Shown in pieces: positions 59,206 to 64,000 of a DNA stretch of 64,000 bases. The notes beneath the pieces were generated by a model. That model ran no database searches. It was not told the origin of the DNA and was given only the letters and a program-made list of their open reading frames with translations. The DNA is taken from positions 45,729 to 109,728 of the forward strand of contig CAZJUY010000003.1 in assembly GCA_964549315.1 (NCBI GenBank), in the 5' to 3' direction. Source of the stretch: an uncultured Chitinophaga sp. (GTDB lineage: Bacteria > Bacteroidota > Bacteroidia > 2-12-FULL-35-15). The number at the start of each line of letters is the position of its first letter. Position 1 is the first letter of the stretch. The position numbers were made by a program, and so were the translations under genes.

Positions 59206-61203
59206 TCAATACTTCCACAAATCTAAAAGTTGCTTTTCAAAGCGTGCTTTTGGTAAAAAATTCCATTCTAAATCTACATTCATTGGAACGGGAGTATCTA
59301 AACTTGCGCAACGAACAATCGGTGCATCTAAATTTTCAAAACAATTTTCTGAAATCAATGCTGCCAACTCTCCTCCTATTCCACCTGTTAAAGTATCTTC
59401 ATGCAAAACAATTACTTTTCCAGTTTTATTTACAGAATTTAAAATAGAATTCAAATCCAAAGGAATAAGGGTTCTTAAATCAACCAAGTCTGCTTTTATT
59501 TGGGCGTGTTTATCTAATATTTCCATTGCCCAATGAACTCCTAAGCCGTAAGTAACAATAGTTAAATCTTCTCCCTCTCTTACTAATTTTGCTTGACCAA
59601 ATGGAATCGTATAATAGTCATCTGAAACATCTTCGGCAACACTTCTATAAAGTGCTTTGTGCTCAAAAAACATAACTGGATTAGTGTCTTCAAAAGCAGT
59701 AAGTAACAATCCTTTTGCATCACTTGGGAAAGCAGGATAAGCAATTTTCAAACCTGGTGTATGAAAAAACCAAGCTTCGTTGCTTTGTGAATGAAAAGGA
59801 CCAGCAGCCACAGCTGCACCTGTTGGCATACGAACAACAACATCTGCATTTTGTCCCCAACGATAATGTGACTTTGCAAGGTTGTTCACTATTTGATTAA
59901 ATCCTTCTGTAACAAAATCCGCAAATTGCATTTCAACCATTGCCTTCATCCCATTAATTGATAAACCAAATCCTGTACCCACAATTGCTGCCTCACACAA
60001 TGGAGTGTTCCTAACTCTACCCTTACCAAATTCTTCAACAAATCCTTCTGTTATTTTAAAAACACCTCCATATTCAGCAATGTCTTGACCCATCAAAACT
60101 AGGTTATCATGTTTTCTCATTGCCAAACGCAGACCATCAGAAATTGCATCTATAAAGCGTTTATTCGATTTTTTTTCATTGGGTTTTATTTCGTTTAGTT
60201 CAAAAGGAGCATACATGTCTTTCAACTCCAATTGAGTATTAGGTGGTGGCAAAGTTTCTGCAAAAGCCAACTCCAATCCTTTTTCAATTTCTGTTTTTAT
60301 TTCTGCACGAAAATCTTCTATCATTTTTTCATCCAAAACACCTTCTTCCAAAAGATAACGTTCAAAATTATTTAAAGGATCTTTCTTACCCCATATTTCA
60401 AGCAATTCTTTTGGGACATACTTTGTACCAGATGCCTCCTCATGGCCACGCATTCTGAATGTTATTAATTCCAATAAAATTGGTCTTGGGTTTTTGCGAA
60501 TAGATTCAGCAAGTTTTTTTACTGTATCATAAACTTCCAAAATATTATTACCATCCACTTGAACAGCTTCCATTCCATATCCAATTCCTTTATCAATAAA
60601 CTGTTTGCATTTGAATTGTTCATTACTAGGGGTTGACAAACCATAGCCATTATTTTCAATTGCAAAAATCACTGGCAAATCCCAAACAGCAGCTACATTT
60701 AATGATTCATGAAAATCTCCTTCACTTGCCCCTCCATCTCCAGAGTAAACAAGAGTTGCTTTGTTGGCATCACGTAACTTGTTCGCTAATGCGATTCCAT
60801 CTGCTAAACCTAATTGTGGACCAAGATGCGATATCATTCCTACAATTTTATATTCTTGAGTACCAAAATGAAATGAACGATCACGGCCTTTGGTAAACCC
60901 ACTTGGCTTACCTTGAAACTGAGAAAACAAACGATTTAATGGGATTTCACGGACCGTAAAAACGCCCAAATTTCTATGCATTGGCAATATATATTCATCT
61001 TTCTCCAGTGCCATTGCAGCTCCAACCGAACCTGCTTCTTGCCCTATTCCACTAAACCATTTAGCTATTTTTCCTTGACGTAACAATACAAGCATTTTCT
61101 CTTCAATCATTCTTGGTTTCAAAATGCCTTTGTAAAGAGCAATTAAAGTATCGTCTTTGTATTTTTTTCTATCGTAACGAATAGGTGTTTCTGCTGTAAT
61201 CAT
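59206..61203 (-). CDS. Fused alpha/beta E1 component of a 2-oxoacid (probably branched-chain) dehydrogenase complex, TPP-dependent
   Basis: 665 aa; E1-alpha TPP motif SGDGGASEGDFHESLN...ENNGYG followed by a transketolase-like E1-beta half. Confidence 0.85.
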   Translation of the reverse strand: MITAETPIRYDRKKYKDDTLIALYKGILKPRMIEEKMLVLLRQGKIAKWFSGIGQEAGSVGAAMALEKDEYILPMHRNLGVFTVREIPLNRLFSQFQGKPSGFTKGRDRSFHFGTQEYKIVGMISHLGPQLGLADGIALANKLRDANKATLVYSGDGGASEGDFHESLNVAAVWDLPVIFAIENNGYGLSTPSNEQFKCKQFIDKGIGYGMEAVQVDGNNILEVYDTVKKLAESIRKNPRPILLELITFRMRGHEEASGTKYVPKELLEIWGKKDPLNNFERYLLEEGVLDEKMIEDFRAEIKTEIEKGLELAFAETLPPPNTQLELKDMYAPFELNEIKPNEKKSNKRFIDAISDGLRLAMRKHDNLVLMGQDIAEYGGVFKITEGFVEEFGKGRVRNTPLCEAAIVGTGFGLSINGMKAMVEMQFADFVTEGFNQIVNNLAKSHYRWGQNADVVVRMPTGAAVAAGPFHSQSNEAWFFHTPGLKIAYPAFPSDAKGLLLTAFEDTNPVMFFEHKALYRSVAEDVSDDYYTIPFGQAKLVREGEDLTIVTYGLGVHWAMEILDKHAQIKADLVDLRTLIPLDLNSILNSVNKTGKVIVLHEDTLTGGIGGELAALISENCFENLDAPIVRCASLDTPVPMNVDLEWNFLPKARFEKQLLDLWKY

Positions 61204-61287
61204 ATTAACAAATATATATTGGCGTCAAAATTATTAAAATTTAGGGACTTAGGGTGGTATATTTTTGTGTAATTTTGTGGTACAAAA

Positions 61288-61428
61288 ATGGTACAGGAAA
61301 TAATAATATACACTATTTTATCACTAGCAATTATATATGTTGCATATCGTTTTTACTTAAGTATCAAAAAAAAACAAGCATGCGATAAATGTGAATTGAT
61401 GAAAGCTACGAAAGAAAAAAGCAATTAA
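61288..61428 (+). CDS. Unannotated 46-aa single-TM peptide with a C-x2-C motif (MVQEIIIYTILSLAIIYVAYRFYLSIKKKQACDKCELMKATKEKSN), resembling the 'FeoB-associated Cys-rich membrane protein' class
   Basis: ATG..TAA; under 60 aa so not in the track; TM helix, then a basic stretch and CDKC. Confidence 0.4.
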   Translation: MVQEIIIYTILSLAIIYVAYRFYLSIKKKQACDKCELMKATKEKSN

Positions 61429-61430
61429 AT

Positions 61431-61991
61431 TTGAAAAAAACAGCATACATATTATTCCTAACCATATTCGCAAAAGTCGCTTTTGCACAAGTAACAGACT
61501 CTTCAAATGTTTCGCTATTATTTGGTAGGAATCATGCTTATTATTTAACTGCTCCAAAAGGCTGGATAATAGACAGAGAAGCAGGAAAAGATGAAGGCTT
61601 GAATGCTGTTGTATATCCGAAAAAAGAAACTTGGGCTAGTGCCGAAACAGCTATGTACACTCATTGGGTAACCTACGACACTACTAAAAATGAAAAATTT
61701 AATGATGTTATTAATTTCGACATTATGGAATTTGAAAAAAATAACAAAAACATAAAAATCAAGAAAGAAAAAGCAGTAAAAATTGACAAAACAAAAACCG
61801 CTGTTATCTATACTTTTACTGATGAAACAGAAAATTTTTACGAAAGAGTTGCTTATATTCAAGAAAAAAAAGGCGCAGTATTAATTGTTCTTACATCCCG
61901 AAATTTAAAAGGAATTGAAGATAATAACGACATGTTTATCAAATTAATTCTTTCCTATTCTTTCTTAACCGACAAGGTTAATTTCCATTAA
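61431..61991 (+). CDS. Hypothetical secreted protein of 186 aa (TTG start)
   Basis: Signal peptide MKKTAYILFLTIFAKVAFAQ; no recognisable domain. Confidence 0.5.
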   Translation: MKKTAYILFLTIFAKVAFAQVTDSSNVSLLFGRNHAYYLTAPKGWIIDREAGKDEGLNAVVYPKKETWASAETAMYTHWVTYDTTKNEKFNDVINFDIMEFEKNNKNIKIKKEKAVKIDKTKTAVIYTFTDETENFYERVAYIQEKKGAVLIVLTSRNLKGIEDNNDMFIKLILSYSFLTDKVNFH

Positions 61992-62104
61992 AATTAGGTG
62001 ATTTTCACAATTATTAGCCATTGATTACTAATAATAAAATCAACTTTTATCTACTGTTTTAAGATTAGATTTTATCTTGCATTAGATTATTAAATAAACT
62101 AAAC

Positions 62105-64000
62105 ATGAAAAAACATTTATTACTTTATTTATTTTTTATTTCATTAAAAATAGCTGCAAATCCAGGAGATACAATCACCGTTCAAACATTTACGTTTGGC
62201 TCTCCTCAAGATGCATGGTTTGTTTTTCCAAGTGATACAGTTAAGTTTGAAAAAATATTAATGTTATATACATTAAAATGCAACCCCGCTCAAAGTCCAG
62301 CTTGTGGCGAATGGGATTATTTAACATATACTTATTTGTATAAAAACACGGGGCTACTTGATTCTTCCTTAATACATCAACCAACATATACTGTTAATGG
62401 TAGTTCTCCCGATAGTATCATGTATATGAATACTCCATCTTATTCCTATAATGCAAATTGGCAATATAATATCACACATTCTGATACTACTTCACTTAAT
62501 AATTATCAAGTTGGTAGCGGAAGCACCAGCAGCACCAAACCATTAGGAGCAAGTATTCCTATTTCAAAAACTCAATATTTATGGAAAGCTAGCGAAATTT
62601 CTTCAGCAGGAATGTTTGCAGGAAATATTTCTGGATTGCAGTTTTTCGTTCAATCAATAGGTAGTGAGCTAAGAAATTTAACAATCAAAATAAAATCAAC
62701 AGGTTTAGATTCACTTACCAACAATAATTATTCATCCTCTGGATTTTCAGCTGTTTATTCAAGAAACACTTTATTCCAATCTGGATGGAATAGTTTACAG
62801 CTTGATTCTCCTTTTAATTGGGACGGAACATCAAATTTAATTATTGAAATTACTTATGATAATATTTCTAGCGGGGTTGATAATATTGTAAGTTCCACAT
62901 CTACAAGTTTCAGTAGTGGCATTTATAATTCAAATGCTGATAGAGTTGCTTCTTTTCATACATACGGATATATTGAAGTTCCAATGAACAACAAATTAAC
63001 AGCACTTGATTCTTTTGTAACAGTTGCTTATTGGGCTTATGGCGACCCAGCATATCAACCACAAAATGGAACTTGTTTTGAAGCAGTAGATTCAATGGGA
63101 AATAGAATACTAAATTCCCACATGCCTTGGTCAGACAGTAGAGTTTATTGGGATGCAGGTTATGGCGGAACAGGTTACGATAGAATTGACAAAGCTGCAA
63201 CTTCATCAGAAATTAAAGGGCAATGGAATTATTGGGCATTCACTAAAAATGTGGCTACTGGTTCAATGAAAATTTATTTAAATGGTAATTTGTGGCATAG
63301 CGCTGTTGCAAAAACAAAACGCATGCGAAATATCAAAACTTTTAAAATCGGAAGAAGTAATTGGTCCGGCTCACAAACGTATGAAGGTAAAATTGATGAG
63401 TTTGCTGTTTTTAATACTGAATTATCTCAAGCTACAATTCAGGCTTGGATGAATAAACAAATTGATGCTAATCATCCAAACTATAATAATCTTGCCCTCT
63501 ATTATCAATTTAATGATGGAAATTACATATCAGCAGCAGATGCCGCTCCAGGCTCACACAACAATGCTACTCTAATAAGTGTCGACAATCCATTAAAAAC
63601 ATCGAATGAAATTTTTAATAATTTTTCGCAAACTAACTTACGTCCTAATATAACATTTGAGCAAGGTATTTTTACCTCACAACTAGACTCCATACTTATT
63701 GTTGATTCAACCATGAATGCCCCAATGCAAATAATCACTTACAATGATTCTATTAATAATCCAGGGGTTCCTACTGATACAATGATTGTGTGGCCGACTT
63801 ACTATAACAACTATCAGTATAATGCACAAGGTGTGGCAACAGATTCAACTTTTGTAACACCTGATAGCACTATGTATCTCTTGTATTACGATTGGTATAA
63901 AAAATTCCCTCAAGTTATACGATATGAATTAGGAAGATACATTACTCCTTATGGAAATAATTTGAGCTTAGGAACTGGGTGGACTTGGACTTTTGATGTG
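62105..64000 (+). CDS. Peptide-N-glycosidase F (PNGase F)-like secreted protein with an inserted LamG/concanavalin-like module; 3' end lies outside the window
   Basis: ATG at 62105 and open to the window end, so absent from the track; N-terminal TFTFGS...CNPAQSPACGEWDY and late GRYITPYG blocks parallel Elizabethkingia PNGase F (TFTFPA...CPNKTCDEWDR; GRFITPYW) as recalled; LamG-like GKIDEFAVFNTELSQATIQAWM. Confidence 0.6.
   Translation, partial: MKKHLLLYLFFISLKIAANPGDTITVQTFTFGSPQDAWFVFPSDTVKFEKILMLYTLKCNPAQSPACGEWDYLTYTYLYKNTGLLDSSLIHQPTYTVNGSSPDSIMYMNTPSYSYNANWQYNITHSDTTSLNNYQVGSGSTSSTKPLGASIPISKTQYLWKASEISSAGMFAGNISGLQFFVQSIGSELRNLTIKIKSTGLDSLTNNNYSSSGFSAVYSRNTLFQSGWNSLQLDSPFNWDGTSNLIIEITYDNISSGVDNIVSSTSTSFSSGIYNSNADRVASFHTYGYIEVPMNNKLTALDSFVTVAYWAYGDPAYQPQNGTCFEAVDSMGNRILNSHMPWSDSRVYWDAGYGGTGYDRIDKAATSSEIKGQWNYWAFTKNVATGSMKIYLNGNLWHSAVAKTKRMRNIKTFKIGRSNWSGSQTYEGKIDEFAVFNTELSQATIQAWMNKQIDANHPNYNNLALYYQFNDGNYISAADAAPGSHNNATLISVDNPLKTSNEIFNNFSQTNLRPNITFEQGIFTSQLDSILIVDSTMNAPMQIITYNDSINNPGVPTDTMIVWPTYYNNYQYNAQGVATDSTFVTPDSTMYLLYYDWYKKFPQVIRYELGRYITPYGNNLSLGTGWTWTFDV

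Noticed and set aside
47963-61862. Remaining short track ORFs (47963, 50469, 53408, 53511, 55245, 55718, 55959, 56598, 57238, 59244, 59715, 60243, 60633, 61357, 61545)
   Set aside because: Each overlaps a longer ORF with recognisable domain content on the other strand or in another frame.
62910-63738. Two minus-strand ORFs (98 and 71 aa) near the window end
   Set aside because: Both lie inside the long + strand PNGase F-like reading frame (62105 to the window end), which is open for 632 codons or more.

Overview
This AT-rich 64 kb window looks like a Bacteroidota (Flavobacteriia-like) chromosome segment; that taxonomic reading is inference from sequence. Evidence is the gene set, Bacteroidetes-type TAnnTTTG promoter motifs, and many proteins ending in T9SS C-terminal sorting domains. 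Housekeeping genes include hutU, gatB, valS, lipA, mazG, acpH, ung, nth, an NADP-isocitrate dehydrogenase, mscL, yebC, ltaE, a fused 2-oxoacid dehydrogenase E1, fumarylacetoacetase and one tRNA-Leu(GAG). Between them lie accessory-looking genes for secreted or surface proteins. No rRNA, CRISPR array, transposase, integrase or phage genes were seen. The observations most worth a second look are: (1) a tightly packed four-gene block (33939..41337) in which two T9SS-exported paralogs share a ~550-aa CUB-like/lectin/FN3-like/T9SS-CTD tail but carry different peptidoglycan-type catalytic heads (Amidase_2 versus an atypical GH18), followed with 0-bp spacers by a nucleoside deaminase and a secreted LRR protein; (2) a His/Tyr/Trp-rich, Lys/Pro-tailed protein whose signal peptide is interrupted by an in-frame TGA; (3) two tandem paralogs of a TPR/TM/SpoIIE-phosphatase protein, both truncated at the same point so that only the first ~20 residues of the phosphatase domain remain; (4) a PETase/cutinase-like alpha/beta hydrolase with a T9SS tail; (5) two tandem unannotated mini-lipoproteins sharing a C-x-S-H-x-x-C-A-A-Y motif; (6) a ~1 kb non-coding island of nested hairpin repeats between convergent genes; (7) a PNGase F-like protein with an inserted LamG module at the window edge.
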